A stretch of 62,819 nucleotides of DNA, filler included. It is 9 parts of 9 records of this genome, joined end to end, with 100 filler letters (N's around TTAATTAATTAA, not from the genome) between each part and the next. Parts side by side here need not be neighbours in the genome. Positions count along the whole stretch, not along the records: positions 40,372 to 48,478 come from SRR31147125_19877; positions 48,579 to 55,157 come from SRR31147125_19884; 7 more parts are not named here. One strand, 5' to 3'. Positions 40,715-50,941 of the stretch are shown here, in pieces. A model generated the notes under the pieces. That model saw only the letters and a list, made by a program, of their open reading frames with translations, made no database searches and was not told the origin of the DNA. The position numbers were made by a program, and so were the translations under genes. Within the stretch, counting starts at the first letter, position 1. Each line of letters begins with the position of its first letter.

Positions 40715-41922
40715 TTTTTGCCGTAAAGCTCTTTAAGCTGTTCCTGGACTACTTCCTTTATGATCGACCTGGCATTTTCATCAAGCCACTTTCTAAATTC
40801 AGCTTTCAGCGCATCATCATCTGTAGCCTTTTGTGCAACCTCTGCTTCAGGTTCCATGACTGGTTCCGGCTCTGGTTCTGGTTCAGGTTCTGCAACGAAC
40901 TCCGGTTCTGGCTCGACTACTGGTTCTGCCTCCGGGACATCCTCTTGTAAAGCCTCCACAGTTTCAACTTCAGTTTCATATTCCTGTTTTAACTCTATTG
41001 GACTTTCTTCGCTTTCTTCCTCTTCTTTACCTTCATCGCTCAAAATAGACTCAAAGTCACTTATCCTTCCAGATCTATTTTCCTCCTCCTTTGGAGCTTT
41101 TTCTTTTTTCTCTTCATATTTATAGTCATCATCAAAAAGAAAATCTGCACTCTCATCACTCTGACCAAGTGAATCAGAAGCCTCTACCACACTTTCTTCA
41201 AAAGATTTTTCATCAATCTTAAGATTTTCTTTTTTATTAGCGACATCTTTGTTGAGACTCATAATGATCGAATCGATCTCATCTATTTTTTCAAAAATAT
41301 CTTCTTTTTTCTGACCTTCTTCTTTTTCCTCTTTCTCAGGTTCATCTACAGCCATTAAATCTTCATCAGCAAGAGTTTGGGTGTCCGTCTGGGGACTGTC
41401 CTCTTCAGCCTTGTCTGTTATTTCCCAGGAGCTTCTAATAGGCTCCTGATCCTCAGCCGGAGTTAATAGTTCCGCCTCTTCGCTTTCTTCAAGAACAGGC
41501 TCCAGAAGAACCGCTTTCTCGTCACTTATTGTTTTCTCAATTAAATAGTCTTCACCCTCTAAAGACACCGTTCCCGAAACCTTCATAAAAGAAACTTTTC
41601 CAAGAGCGTTAACCAGCTCTGAGCCTGAAAAACGTCTTGGTATAGTCGTGACATTCTCAATCACAGACTTGTTATCAGAGCAAACGATGACTGGTTTTGA
41701 AACAATGATCATTGAAATTATCTTATCCGGAACGATCCCGCCTTCAACAATTGCTACATCGAAAGCATCCTCTTTCATCGCAACAAGAAAAGCATTGAGC
41801 GAATCCTTATGCTCTACTTTCCAGACAGATTCCTTTAAAAGATCTGCATACGTCTTTGCAATATCAAAGTTTGTTTCAAGAAGAAGAAGTCTCTTTTCTG
41901 CCATTTCAAGTTCCTCCATCAT
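40711..41922 (-). CDS. Degenerate receiver domain, acidic disordered linker and PopZ/RomR-like C-terminal helices
   Basis: KRLLLLE...FDVAIVE (REC-like, phospho-Asp replaced by Glu); E/P-rich linker; LKAEFRKWLDENARSIIKEVVQEQL. Confidence 0.6.
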   Translation of the reverse strand: MMEELEMAEKRLLLLETNFDIAKTYADLLKESVWKVEHKDSLNAFLVAMKEDAFDVAIVEGGIVPDKIISMIIVSKPVIVCSDNKSVIENVTTIPRRFSGSELVNALGKVSFMKVSGTVSLEGEDYLIEKTISDEKAVLLEPVLEESEEAELLTPAEDQEPIRSSWEITDKAEEDSPQTDTQTLADEDLMAVDEPEKEEKEEGQKKEDIFEKIDEIDSIIMSLNKDVANKKENLKIDEKSFEESVVEASDSLGQSDESADFLFDDDYKYEEKKEKAPKEEENRSGRISDFESILSDEGKEEEESEESPIELKQEYETEVETVEALQEDVPEAEPVVEPEPEFVAEPEPEPEPEPVMEPEAEVAQKATDDDALKAEFRKWLDENARSIIKEVVQEQLKELYGKK

Positions 41923-42865
41923 GGGGGCTTAGGTAATTCAACACTGCTTTCATGTCATCAGGGGGCTCAATCTTAAAGCAATATTCCTCTCCAGACAGCT
42001 CAAAACCGAGTGTTCCCGCATGAAGAAGTTGCCGTCCAGACTTAGATAATAATAAATTTAAGCCTTTATCGGAAGTTTTTATTGTTCCGCCATATAAAAC
42101 ATCGTTTAAAATTGGATGTCCTAAATGCTTCATGTGCATTCTGATCTGATGAGTTCTACCAGTTTCCAGCCTAAGACTAACCAGAGATGCAAAAGGATAT
42201 TCTTCAACTACCTTATAGTGAGTTACAGCCTTTCTTCCATTCCTGACATTTGCTGAAAATCTCAACCTGTTCTTTGGATCCCGACCATGAAAAGTTTCAA
42301 CAGTTCCCTCTTTTTCCCTTAACTTGCCTCCAACCAGACAGACATACTCCCTCTGAATGTCATGCTTTGAAAACTGAGATGCTAATTTCTCAAATGAACT
42401 TGCGCACTTAGCAACTACAAGCAGCCCTGAAGTATCTTTGTCGATTCTATGAACAAGTCCCGGTCTCAAGCTTTCTCCAACATTATCCGGAAGACTCAAA
42501 TAATGAAGAATACCGTTTATCAGCGTTCCTGAATGATTGCCGGCGCCAGGATGAACTACCAGGCCGGAAGGCTTGTTAATTATAAGAAATAGTTCGTTCT
42601 CAAAAACTATATCCAGATCCATCTCTTCAGGGTCAACAGATATCTCTTCCGGAGGATCTATTTCAATTTCAATAAGATCTTTTCTTGAGAACCGGCTAAA
42701 ACTGTTCTTTAACACCGTTTTTCCGTTCACAATAAGATTTTCGTTTCCGATATTTTTCTGAACTCTTGCTCTAGAAATGTTGAGTATTGAGGCTATGTGT
42801 TTATCAGCCCTAACCTTAGAATTCTCAATTAAAGAAAACAATAAATTTCCTGTATATTCCTGCAC
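41906..42865 (-). CDS. rluD: RluA-family pseudouridine synthase (RluD-like)
   Basis: S4 domain, NKPSGLVVHPG, HRIDKDTSG, TGRTHQIR. Confidence 0.85.
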   Translation of the reverse strand: MQEYTGNLLFSLIENSKVRADKHIASILNISRARVQKNIGNENLIVNGKTVLKNSFSRFSRKDLIEIEIDPPEEISVDPEEMDLDIVFENELFLIINKPSGLVVHPGAGNHSGTLINGILHYLSLPDNVGESLRPGLVHRIDKDTSGLLVVAKCASSFEKLASQFSKHDIQREYVCLVGGKLREKEGTVETFHGRDPKNRLRFSANVRNGRKAVTHYKVVEEYPFASLVSLRLETGRTHQIRMHMKHLGHPILNDVLYGGTIKTSDKGLNLLLSKSGRQLLHAGTLGFELSGEEYCFKIEPPDDMKAVLNYLSPHDGGT

Positions 42866-43050
42866 TTTTTTGCCACTTCAAAAATTTTTAAAAACTTTTA
42901 GACAGAATCACTGCCTTCAACCCGCCAATTATAGGCTTTTAATGCTTAGTTTGCAAATAGTTAGAGGTATAAGTTTAAAATTGACAGTCAGCCCATTTTT
43001 ATGTATAGCTATTAACTAGAATTTTTTGTTTTTCGTATTGAGGGAGAAAA

Positions 43051-44583
43051 ATGAGATCACTTGCTAAGTTTTTGACTGCATATACCGTGCTTTTTGCCTT
43101 TAATTTCATTGCTTTAACACCAACAGGCATAGACTTTTCAGTTCTTCATGCAGATGATGATCTTGAAATTGATGAACTTGATGTCGGACTTGATGAAGAA
43201 GATGAGCTTGAAGAAGACGAAGAGGAATCTCTTGAAGATGAAGAAGATGAGCTTGAAGAAGAAGAGGAAGCTGGTAGCTTAGACTCTCTTGATGATCTCG
43301 ATGATCCGCTTGAAGATGAGCCTCTTGACATGTCAGAGGGTGACAATGACAGCGACTCTGATGATTATAGAAAAAAGATAGCTGCGATGTATCTCTATGT
43401 TGACAGTTTTTCACAAAAAACCGCAGGCAATGTTGTTGCTGAGACAGCTACGATGCTTGGAATGTCAAAAGAATACAACTACTTCAAAACAGAATCTGAG
43501 ATTTTCATTCCTTCTATGTCCGTTGCAAAAAGAGATTATAAGCGCGGCATTGAGGAATTTGAAGAAGCAAAAGAACTTTATAATGACCTCAGTATCGAAG
43601 AGGCTATTTCAAAGTTCAAATCTGCTAAAAAGACTATTGAGAAACATCTTGATAAGCTCGCAGACATGAAAAATCTTGGAGACATACTCCTCTATCTTGG
43701 AGCCAGCTACAAAATGCTGGATGAAGAAACTCAGGCAACACCATACTTTTCAAGTTACCTGAGCATATATCCTAACGCTGAACTTGATGACGTAGTCTTC
43801 TCACCAGAGATAGTTAGCTTCTTCAATAACATAAAAGAAGACTTCCTCATGCTCCCTAACGGCTCTATTGCATTTGACAGCTATCCGTCCGGAGCACTGG
43901 TTTTCCTTGACGGCAAGGTGGTCGGAGTAACGCCAACTACAGTTCATGGAATAACTGAGGGGCGTCACTTTTATAGAATCCACAAAACGGGCTACAGAGA
44001 CAGAGGTGACACTGTTCAGGTTAGAGAAAGAAGATCATCAAATGTCAGTGAGGACCTTTCAAAATACGACAAGACCTCTTACATTGAGAGTGCTGAAAAA
44101 GAAATGACCAAAAACTTCGGAACTCTTTCAATGCTTAGAAAGGCCGTTGATGTAGCAAAAATGATAAAAGTTGATTACATCCTTGTAACCCTCATAACAG
44201 CTGATGCAGGTAAGATCAGATATGAAGGAAGGTTGCTGAATGTAGAGAACAGAACTTTCAAGGACGCTGAAGAGACATTTGAGATAATTGACAAGAACGA
44301 TCTCGCTTCAATTTTAGAGATCCAGGATTTTAATAACAAGATGATCGATGACACAAAAGGGTTTAGACCGATATCTGATGTCGCCCTTGATGAAGCCGAT
44401 ATCTTGGGAATTGAGGACTCGAAGAAAGACGATAAGAAAAAGAAAGGAAAACCTGTTTATAAACAGTGGTGGCTGTGGACTATTCTCGGAGTAGTAGTTC
44501 TTGGCGGTGCCGGAGTCGGCACATACTTTCTCGTAAAAGATATGAACAAGAACGATGGCGCCTCTCTCGAGGTGAACTTCTAA
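43051..44583 (+). CDS. PEGA-domain membrane protein with acidic N-terminal tract and TPR region
   Basis: SYPSGALVFLDGKVVGVTP; C-terminal PVYKQWWLW plus TM; D/E-rich tract with a 45-bp-period duplication (43192/43237). Confidence 0.8.
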   Translation: MRSLAKFLTAYTVLFAFNFIALTPTGIDFSVLHADDDLEIDELDVGLDEEDELEEDEEESLEDEEDELEEEEEAGSLDSLDDLDDPLEDEPLDMSEGDNDSDSDDYRKKIAAMYLYVDSFSQKTAGNVVAETATMLGMSKEYNYFKTESEIFIPSMSVAKRDYKRGIEEFEEAKELYNDLSIEEAISKFKSAKKTIEKHLDKLADMKNLGDILLYLGASYKMLDEETQATPYFSSYLSIYPNAELDDVVFSPEIVSFFNNIKEDFLMLPNGSIAFDSYPSGALVFLDGKVVGVTPTTVHGITEGRHFYRIHKTGYRDRGDTVQVRERRSSNVSEDLSKYDKTSYIESAEKEMTKNFGTLSMLRKAVDVAKMIKVDYILVTLITADAGKIRYEGRLLNVENRTFKDAEETFEIIDKNDLASILEIQDFNNKMIDDTKGFRPISDVALDEADILGIEDSKKDDKKKKGKPVYKQWWLWTILGVVVLGGAGVGTYFLVKDMNKNDGASLEVNF

Positions 44584-44589
44584 TTTTAC

Positions 44590-44793
44590 ATGGAGTCAAA
44601 TGTGATGGATAATTATCAGAAATTCGACAAAAGACTTATTGACAGAAAATTCAGAAACGGTGAAATCTCTGAAAAGGATTACAAGAAGTTCCTGGATTCA
44701 CTGGAAGAATGCAACGAATTCAAAGAAATCGATGAAGAAGAGATATTAAAAACAGCTGGTATAAAAAGAGAGAACGTTACAGAAAATGACTGA
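44590..44793 (+). CDS. Small hypothetical protein
   Basis: FDKRLIDRKFRNGEISEKDYKKFLDSL; fits tightly in the operon. Confidence 0.65.
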   Translation: MESNVMDNYQKFDKRLIDRKFRNGEISEKDYKKFLDSLEECNEFKEIDEEEILKTAGIKRENVTEND

Positions 44794-45085
44794 TAAAAAG
44801 GACAACGTAAAGAAATGCAGAAAAAGCGACCTCGCATCTATCGTTAACCCTTCTTTTGAAAGCCTGGTATCATCCATCTATTCAGCAGTACTTTTTAATC
44901 TTGGCGAAATAAAGGTGAAGGGAACTGAAGATATTTGTGACAACATAGATATGGCGCGCTTCAATATCGGCTTGCTTGAAATGCTCGCTGAGAAATCAAA
45001 AGGGAATCTGTCTAAAGAGGAAGATAACTACCTCCAGAGCATTCTTTTAAACTCACAGGAGAGACTGAGTGAGCATCTTGAATAG
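44786..45085 (+). CDS. DUF1844-like protein
   Basis: ARFNIGLLEMLAEKSKGNLSKEE. Confidence 0.7.
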   Translation: MTDKKDNVKKCRKSDLASIVNPSFESLVSSIYSAVLFNLGEIKVKGTEDICDNIDMARFNIGLLEMLAEKSKGNLSKEEDNYLQSILLNSQERLSEHLE

Positions 45086-45890
45086 ATCTCTTTTTCTCGT
45101 TGAAGATGCAGCAAGGGCAGCCGGAGAAATTGCTCGAGAAGCTTTTCTAAACTCCTCAATGAAAAAAAGGTATAAAACCGAAAAAGATCTCGTTACAGAT
45201 ATTGACGAAGAAGTAGAAAAAATGCTCATAGAAGAACTAAGCAAGATCGACTCGGTCCCTTTTCTTAGTGAGGAATTTAATCCTGAAAAAGAAATAAACG
45301 AACCTCTTTGGATCGTTGACCCTATTGACGGAACGACTAACTTTGCTTCCGGGATAGCACCTTTTTGTATATCGATCGGGCATTGGAACGGCAACTGTGT
45401 AGATCTGGGTGTATGCTACCTTCCTATAACGGATGAAATGTTTACCGCTTCACTTGGAAACGGAGCTTTCTTAAATGGAGAGCCCATAAGTGTCGATAAT
45501 GAAAGTGACCCTATAAAGATCGTTGCTGCAACAGGTTTCGCAGACATTACACATAACAACAATAGAACAACTCTTGATGTTTTCAACTCCATTATAATGA
45601 AAACCAGAGCCATAAGAAGACTTGGTTCTGCCGCCACCGATCTCGTATATACTGCTTGTGGAAAGTTCTCATTCTTTTATGAGGCGGGTCTTTCTCCCTG
45701 GGATGTTGCTGCAGGATCACTGATAGTAAAAGAGGCAGGCGGAGTGGTCACTGATTTCTTTGGCAACAACAATTACATGGAAGGGAAAACAATAATTGCT
45801 TCAAACCCAAATATTTATAGTTTTATAAAAGACGAAATAAATCGTAATTATTCAGAAAATCAAACAAAATTGGAGGAAAAAAATGGCTAA
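45069..45890 (+). CDS. suhB: Inositol monophosphatase
   Basis: DLVTD, DPIDGTTNF, RRLGSAA, WDVAAG. Confidence 0.9.
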   Translation: MSILNRSLFLVEDAARAAGEIAREAFLNSSMKKRYKTEKDLVTDIDEEVEKMLIEELSKIDSVPFLSEEFNPEKEINEPLWIVDPIDGTTNFASGIAPFCISIGHWNGNCVDLGVCYLPITDEMFTASLGNGAFLNGEPISVDNESDPIKIVAATGFADITHNNNRTTLDVFNSIIMKTRAIRRLGSAATDLVYTACGKFSFFYEAGLSPWDVAAGSLIVKEAGGVVTDFFGNNNYMEGKTIIASNPNIYSFIKDEINRNYSENQTKLEEKNG

Positions 45891-47943
45891 CTACACTAGC
45901 AAATCTCTACGGAATATCTGTGTCGCAGGACATGGAACTTCAGGAAAAACAACCCTCGTTGAATCAATTCTTTTTACAAGTGGCAGCATTAATCGAATGG
46001 GAAAAGTTGAAGAGGGAAGTACTGCATCTGACTTCACAGAAGAAGAAAAGAACAGAGGAATTTCAATTTCTGCTTCAGTAAATTCTACTCCTTTCAAAGA
46101 CAATCTTTTAACATTTATAGACAATCCAGGATATTTTGATTTTGCTGGAGAACTGGCAGCAACTATGCCCTTCTGTGAATCTTGTCTTCTCACGGTTAAA
46201 GCATCTGCCGGCCTTGATGCCGGAACTCAGAACGCTTTCATGCAGGCTAAAAAACTTGATAAGTCAGTTTCTTTTTTCATTACAGAAATCGACAGAGATA
46301 ACTTAAATATTGATAAGACTCTTCAAGGTATTAGTGACGATCTTGAGATTCCTGTTGCTCCTATCACATATCCTGCTGAAACAGGTCCTGAGGTAAGTTC
46401 TATCATTGATGTACTTAAGGGAAAGCTCATTAAATACGCTAATGGAAAAAGAGTTTCATCGGAAGAAATTCCTGCAGACCTTAGCGACAAAGTTGCAGAG
46501 CTCAGAGAAAAACTTATGGAATCTGTTGCTGAAACTGATGAAGCACTTATGGAAAAATACTTTGAAGATGGTGAGCTTTCAGAGACTGATATAAATGTCG
46601 GTCTTGCAAAAGCTTTTGAAGAAGGAAACATATATCCTGTATTCTTCGGAGCATCAATCAAGGGAGTCGGTGTAGATTGTCTTCTTGAATCAGTTGTAGA
46701 CTTCTTCCCTTCACCTGAAGGAAAAACTCTCAAGTTCAGCGAAGGTGAAATTGAAATGGATTCAGAGAAACCCGCAAGAGGAATCATTTTTAAAGTGAAT
46801 ACTATTCCTCAGTTCGGTGAAATTTATATTTTCAAACTTCTTGAAGGCAAACTTTCAGAAGGAACTGACATTTTTAATGCAACAACTGGAAACGCAGAAA
46901 AATTCGGACAGTTTTTTTCACTTAGAGGAAAAGATAAAACTCCTCTTAAAACACTTGAAGCTGGACAAATTGCTGCAACAGTTAAGCTTAAAAATTCTCA
47001 CACTGATGACCAGTTTGTTTCTTCAAAGACTGAAAAGGGTTTTGAGTTCAAACTTATTGACTGGCCTGAAGCAATAGTTAGGGGAGCCTTTTCTGGTGAA
47101 TCAAAAGAAGACACAGACAAAGTTTCCGGTGCCCTTAGAAAACTTCAAGTTGAAGACAGTGCATTTAAGATAAACTCTAATTCAGAGCTTAAACAACTTT
47201 TTGTTGATGGTCTTGGAGAACTTCATCTTGATGTAATCGCAAAGAAGATCAAAAACCAGTTTGGAATCAACGTGAAAATTGAAGAACCTAGAATTCCTTA
47301 CCGTGAAACTGTTAGAGGCAGAGCAGAAGCTCGTTACCGTCATAAAAAACAGTCAGGTGGCTCAGGTGAATTTGCTGAAGTTAACATAGTTCTCGAACCA
47401 AACCCTGATTCTGATTTTGAATTTATAGATGCTATTGTCGGTGGTGTAATTTCCGGAAAGTATATCCCTGCTGTTGAAAAGGGAGTTAGAGAAGTTCTTA
47501 CTGAAGGCGTTCTTTCAGGCTGTAAGTTCATAAATTGTAAAGTTACGCTTAATGACGGAAAAGAGCATCCGGTTGACAGTAAGGAAGTTGCATTTAAAAA
47601 AGCTGCATCAATGGCATTCAGAGATGCTGCAAAAAGAGCAAAAGCTATCATTCTCGAACCTATCTACGATGTTCTCATTAAAGTTCCGGAAGAATATGCC
47701 GGATCAGTTATGGGCGACATCTCCAGTAGAAGAGGAAAACCACAGGGAATGGAAAGTGAAGGAAAATACACCGTTGTTAAAGCTCAGGTTCCTTTAAAAG
47801 AGATCCACGGCTATTCAACTCAGCTTCGTTCAATGACCAATGGTCGTGGAACGTACTCAATAGCTTTCTCTCATTACGATCCTGTTCCTGGCGACATTCA
47901 GAAGAAGATCATAGCCGAATATGAGGCTTCAAAGGAGCAGTAA
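45883..47943 (+). CDS. fusA: Elongation factor G paralogue (EF-G2 type)
   Basis: GHGTSGKTT, RGISI, DNPG, GLGELHL, KKQSGGSGEF, LRSMTNGRG. Confidence 0.9.
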   Translation: MANYTSKSLRNICVAGHGTSGKTTLVESILFTSGSINRMGKVEEGSTASDFTEEEKNRGISISASVNSTPFKDNLLTFIDNPGYFDFAGELAATMPFCESCLLTVKASAGLDAGTQNAFMQAKKLDKSVSFFITEIDRDNLNIDKTLQGISDDLEIPVAPITYPAETGPEVSSIIDVLKGKLIKYANGKRVSSEEIPADLSDKVAELREKLMESVAETDEALMEKYFEDGELSETDINVGLAKAFEEGNIYPVFFGASIKGVGVDCLLESVVDFFPSPEGKTLKFSEGEIEMDSEKPARGIIFKVNTIPQFGEIYIFKLLEGKLSEGTDIFNATTGNAEKFGQFFSLRGKDKTPLKTLEAGQIAATVKLKNSHTDDQFVSSKTEKGFEFKLIDWPEAIVRGAFSGESKEDTDKVSGALRKLQVEDSAFKINSNSELKQLFVDGLGELHLDVIAKKIKNQFGINVKIEEPRIPYRETVRGRAEARYRHKKQSGGSGEFAEVNIVLEPNPDSDFEFIDAIVGGVISGKYIPAVEKGVREVLTEGVLSGCKFINCKVTLNDGKEHPVDSKEVAFKKAASMAFRDAAKRAKAIILEPIYDVLIKVPEEYAGSVMGDISSRRGKPQGMESEGKYTVVKAQVPLKEIHGYSTQLRSMTNGRGTYSIAFSHYDPVPGDIQKKIIAEYEASKEQ

Positions 47944-48433
47944 TTTGAGGTTCCTTAACTATTTATGGGCCACCTGGTTCGGTTCCGGTTATGCACCTGT
48001 TGCACCCGGAACCGCAGGATCCCTTGCAGCTCTACCCTTTGTATGGGGAATTGCAACCATTGGGAAGGTAGAGTTGCTTCTTTTTGCAATCTTTACATTT
48101 ATCACCGGCGTTATTGTTTCCAACTACATTAGTAAAGATAAAACCGCTGATGATCCGCAGATAGTCGTTATTGATGAGGTTTGCGGGCAGGCTATTGCTT
48201 TTTTGCTTATTTCTCCTGAATTTCTTGATATTACAACTTTCAAGGCTTGGTTTGCTGTACTTATTTCTTTTGGATTTTTCAGACTTTTTGACGTCTGGAA
48301 ACCCTGGCCTGCATCGTATTTTGACAATAAGATGCACAACGGATGGGGAATGATGCTTGATGATGTTGCAGCTGGAATTTATGCTATGATAGCAACATAT
48401 GGAGCTATAAGAATTTATCCGCTGATTTTTTAG
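47921..48433 (+). CDS. pgpA: Phosphatidylglycerophosphatase A (start uncertain)
   Basis: APGTAGSL, DPQIVVIDEV, FRLFDVWKP, MLDD. Confidence 0.92.
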   Translation: MRLQRSSNLRFLNYLWATWFGSGYAPVAPGTAGSLAALPFVWGIATIGKVELLLFAIFTFITGVIVSNYISKDKTADDPQIVVIDEVCGQAIAFLLISPEFLDITTFKAWFAVLISFGFFRLFDVWKPWPASYFDNKMHNGWGMMLDDVAAGIYAMIATYGAIRIYPLIF

Positions 48434-48478
48434 AGAGGTCGATATGAACAGATTTAAAAAAGTTGCTGTGATCTTTTT

Positions 48479-48578
48479 NNNNNNNNNNNNNNNNNNNNNN
48501 NNNNNNNNNNNNNNNNNNNNNNTTAATTAATTAANNNNNNNNNNNNNNNNNNNNNNNNNNNNNNNNNNNNNNNNNNNN
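48479..48578. other. Artificial contig linker
   Basis: N-run, TTAATTAATTAA, N-run. Confidence 0.99.
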
Positions 48579-48912
48579 AAAGAGGAGATGTTCTTCTTTT
48601 TGTAATGTGGTAAAACCAAAATACCAGGGTAAAAAGTGATGTATTGATAATAATTGCTACGATCAATCCGGCAAAAGATGCATTTTTTAACCACCAGGTT
48701 GTAAGAATATTCCATGTAACAAAAGAAATCAGCAAGTATTTGATGATGCCACCCGATTTATTTTCACTTCTATTTAGATAGTATTGGTGTTCAACAATAA
48801 GTAATGGCACAAAACCAATTAAAAGAAAAATACCTGTAACTCCCGGGAACCAAGCAACTGAAAGCAAGATACCGGAGAGCAGGGAATATTGGATCAATTT
48901 TTTATTATTCAT
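48579..48912 (-). CDS. lnt: Apolipoprotein N-acyltransferase (3' truncated)
   Basis: LLSGILLSVAW, FVPLL, WNILTTWW. Confidence 0.75.
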
Positions 48913-48917
48913 TCTTG

Positions 48918-49799
48918 TTAGTTCTTATTTACGAGATACACACCAAACAAAATTATACTGATTGAAAACATTTGCTGAATCGAAATTACTTCTTTGTCGA
49001 GCACTCCCCACATAATAGCAAAAATGGGGATAATATATGTTACAGAAGCCGCAAAAACCGAGGTTGTATATTTTATCAACATATTAAAAATAAGCAGGCA
49101 GATTACCGAGCTGAATAATGAAAGCAGAAAAATATAAACGAGGTTTACTATATAACCATCTGTTTCTGTAACAGTTGAAAAATCAGAAAAAAGCAAAAAA
49201 ACAATTGAAACCGGACCAATAAAAAAGAATGCCAACGAGGTTATCTCGAACGATGTCATGTGGTTGAGTTTTGTCTTCACCTCATTTACATTTATTCCAT
49301 AACACAAGGTAGCAATAACTATGGGAAGGGCATAAATATCGAACTCCCGGAATACATTTGTTATTTGAATCCCCATTAATCCCAATGCACCCACAAAACC
49401 TACAAATACACCAACAATATTTAACCATTTTGTTTTGGTTCGATAGATTGTTAGTCCGATTAACAGTGTGAAAAATGGAGTTAATGAATTCAACATACCC
49501 GCCAGGGCACTGGATATATGAACTTGTGCCGTTGTAAACAACCAGGCCGGGATTGCCGTGCCAATGAACCCAACAATTAACAGCGATTTTATATTCTGTT
49601 TGTTAACCTTTTTAAGGCTTTTAATGGAAAATGGCAACAACAGCAAATAGGCAAATAATACACGGAAAGCTGCAACCTGTACATTGTTGTAAGATTGCAA
49701 ACCTTTTTTCATAAGTATAAACGAACTACCCCATACAAAAGACAGGAAAAGCAGGGTAATCCATTGCCAGGACTTTTTGGTTAAATCGATTGATGCCAT
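48918..49799 (-). CDS. DMT/EamA transporter
   Basis: WGSSFIL, LNSLTP, about 10 TMs. Confidence 0.9.
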   Translation of the reverse strand: MASIDLTKKSWQWITLLFLSFVWGSSFILMKKGLQSYNNVQVAAFRVLFAYLLLLPFSIKSLKKVNKQNIKSLLIVGFIGTAIPAWLFTTAQVHISSALAGMLNSLTPFFTLLIGLTIYRTKTKWLNIVGVFVGFVGALGLMGIQITNVFREFDIYALPIVIATLCYGINVNEVKTKLNHMTSFEITSLAFFFIGPVSIVFLLFSDFSTVTETDGYIVNLVYIFLLSLFSSVICLLIFNMLIKYTTSVFAASVTYIIPIFAIMWGVLDKEVISIQQMFSISIILFGVYLVNKN

Positions 49800-49833
49800 A
49801 AATTGTTATCGTAAAACAATGTTGGTGTTCCAA

Positions 49834-50817
49834 TTATTTATTTGGCAAATAAACCTCCAGCAATTTTGCTTTCGGATTTGGGATAACCCGGAATTCATTT
49901 AATGCAGCCGGAATTAGAACAGTCTGCCCTTTTTCAATTGTTTCTTCACCTGAATTGTATTTAATTTTTGCACCTCCCTCCAGACACATGTAAATAACAA
50001 ATGTGTCAATTGGAGTAAAGTCCCGTTCCAGGTCTTTATCTATTTCCAACAAATTTGTTTTGAAATATTCGCACTCAACCAATTCAGTTGTTTCGTTGGG
50101 CTTTATGTCATATTTTGTTTTGTATTCCGGATAATAGTCAAAATCAATTGCATCAACAGCAAGTTCTGTATGCAGCTCACGAAGGTTACCATTAGCATCT
50201 TTGCGGTTAAAATCGAAAATACGGTACGTTACATCTGATGTTTGTTGAATCTCTGCGATTAAATTACCTGCACCAATTGCGTGAACCCTTCCAGCAGGCA
50301 TAAAAAATGTATCTCCTGTAGAAACAACTTCACAATTTAATATTTCGGCTAATGTGTTTTTATTTAAATGCGACATATAAAGCTCTTTGTCCGCCTTTTG
50401 ATTGAAACCAACAATCAATTCAGCACCATTTTGAGCTTCCATTACATACCACATTTCGGTTTTACCAAAAGAATTATGCCTTTTTTCTGCCAGTTCATCA
50501 TCTGGGTGAACCTGGATGGATAAATTATCGTTGGCATCAATAAATTTTATCAGCAACGGAAATTCATTACCAAACTTATTGTATGTTTTTTCACCTACCA
50601 ATTCATCCATATATATTTCCAGAATTTCGCTGAGGTTGTTACCTGCAAGAAAGCCATTTTCCACAACGGAGAAATTATCTTCTACTCCGGATATTTCCCA
50701 GCTTTCGCCACATTTATCAGAAGCTTCTTCTTTGTTAAGTAATTCTCTAAGTTTTTTTCCTCCCCAAATTTTATCTTTTAATATTGGTTTAAATTTTAAC
50801 GGATATAGTTGACTCAT
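49834..50817 (-). CDS. manA: Type I mannose-6-phosphate isomerase
   Basis: IWGG, LSIQVHPDD, GKTEMW, EIQQTSD.TYR. Confidence 0.92.
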   Translation of the reverse strand: MSQLYPLKFKPILKDKIWGGKKLRELLNKEEASDKCGESWEISGVEDNFSVVENGFLAGNNLSEILEIYMDELVGEKTYNKFGNEFPLLIKFIDANDNLSIQVHPDDELAEKRHNSFGKTEMWYVMEAQNGAELIVGFNQKADKELYMSHLNKNTLAEILNCEVVSTGDTFFMPAGRVHAIGAGNLIAEIQQTSDVTYRIFDFNRKDANGNLRELHTELAVDAIDFDYYPEYKTKYDIKPNETTELVECEYFKTNLLEIDKDLERDFTPIDTFVIYMCLEGGAKIKYNSGEETIEKGQTVLIPAALNEFRVIPNPKAKLLEVYLPNK

Positions 50818-50865
50818 TTTTTATGAAATTTATTTTGCTTTATATTTTTTCTACCTATCTAAAAA

Positions 50866-50938
50866 AGTATTCGGTAATCAGTGTTCAGTAATCAGTTTTA
50901 ATTTACCTAGTACTGAATACTGAACACCGATCACTGGT
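50866..50938. repeat. Inverted heptamer-repeat hairpin
   Basis: AGTATTC/GGTAATC/AGTGTTC/AGTAATC then inverted TACTGAA/TACTGAA/CACCGAT/CACTG; 21 of 25 positions match between arms. Confidence 0.6.
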
Positions 50939-50941
50939 TCT

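Noticed and set aside
43106-43414. Ser- or His/Leu-rich antisense ORFs (also 40760-41125) and other short overlapping ORFs
   Set aside because: They are shadows of acidic low-complexity or well-supported genes on the opposite strand.
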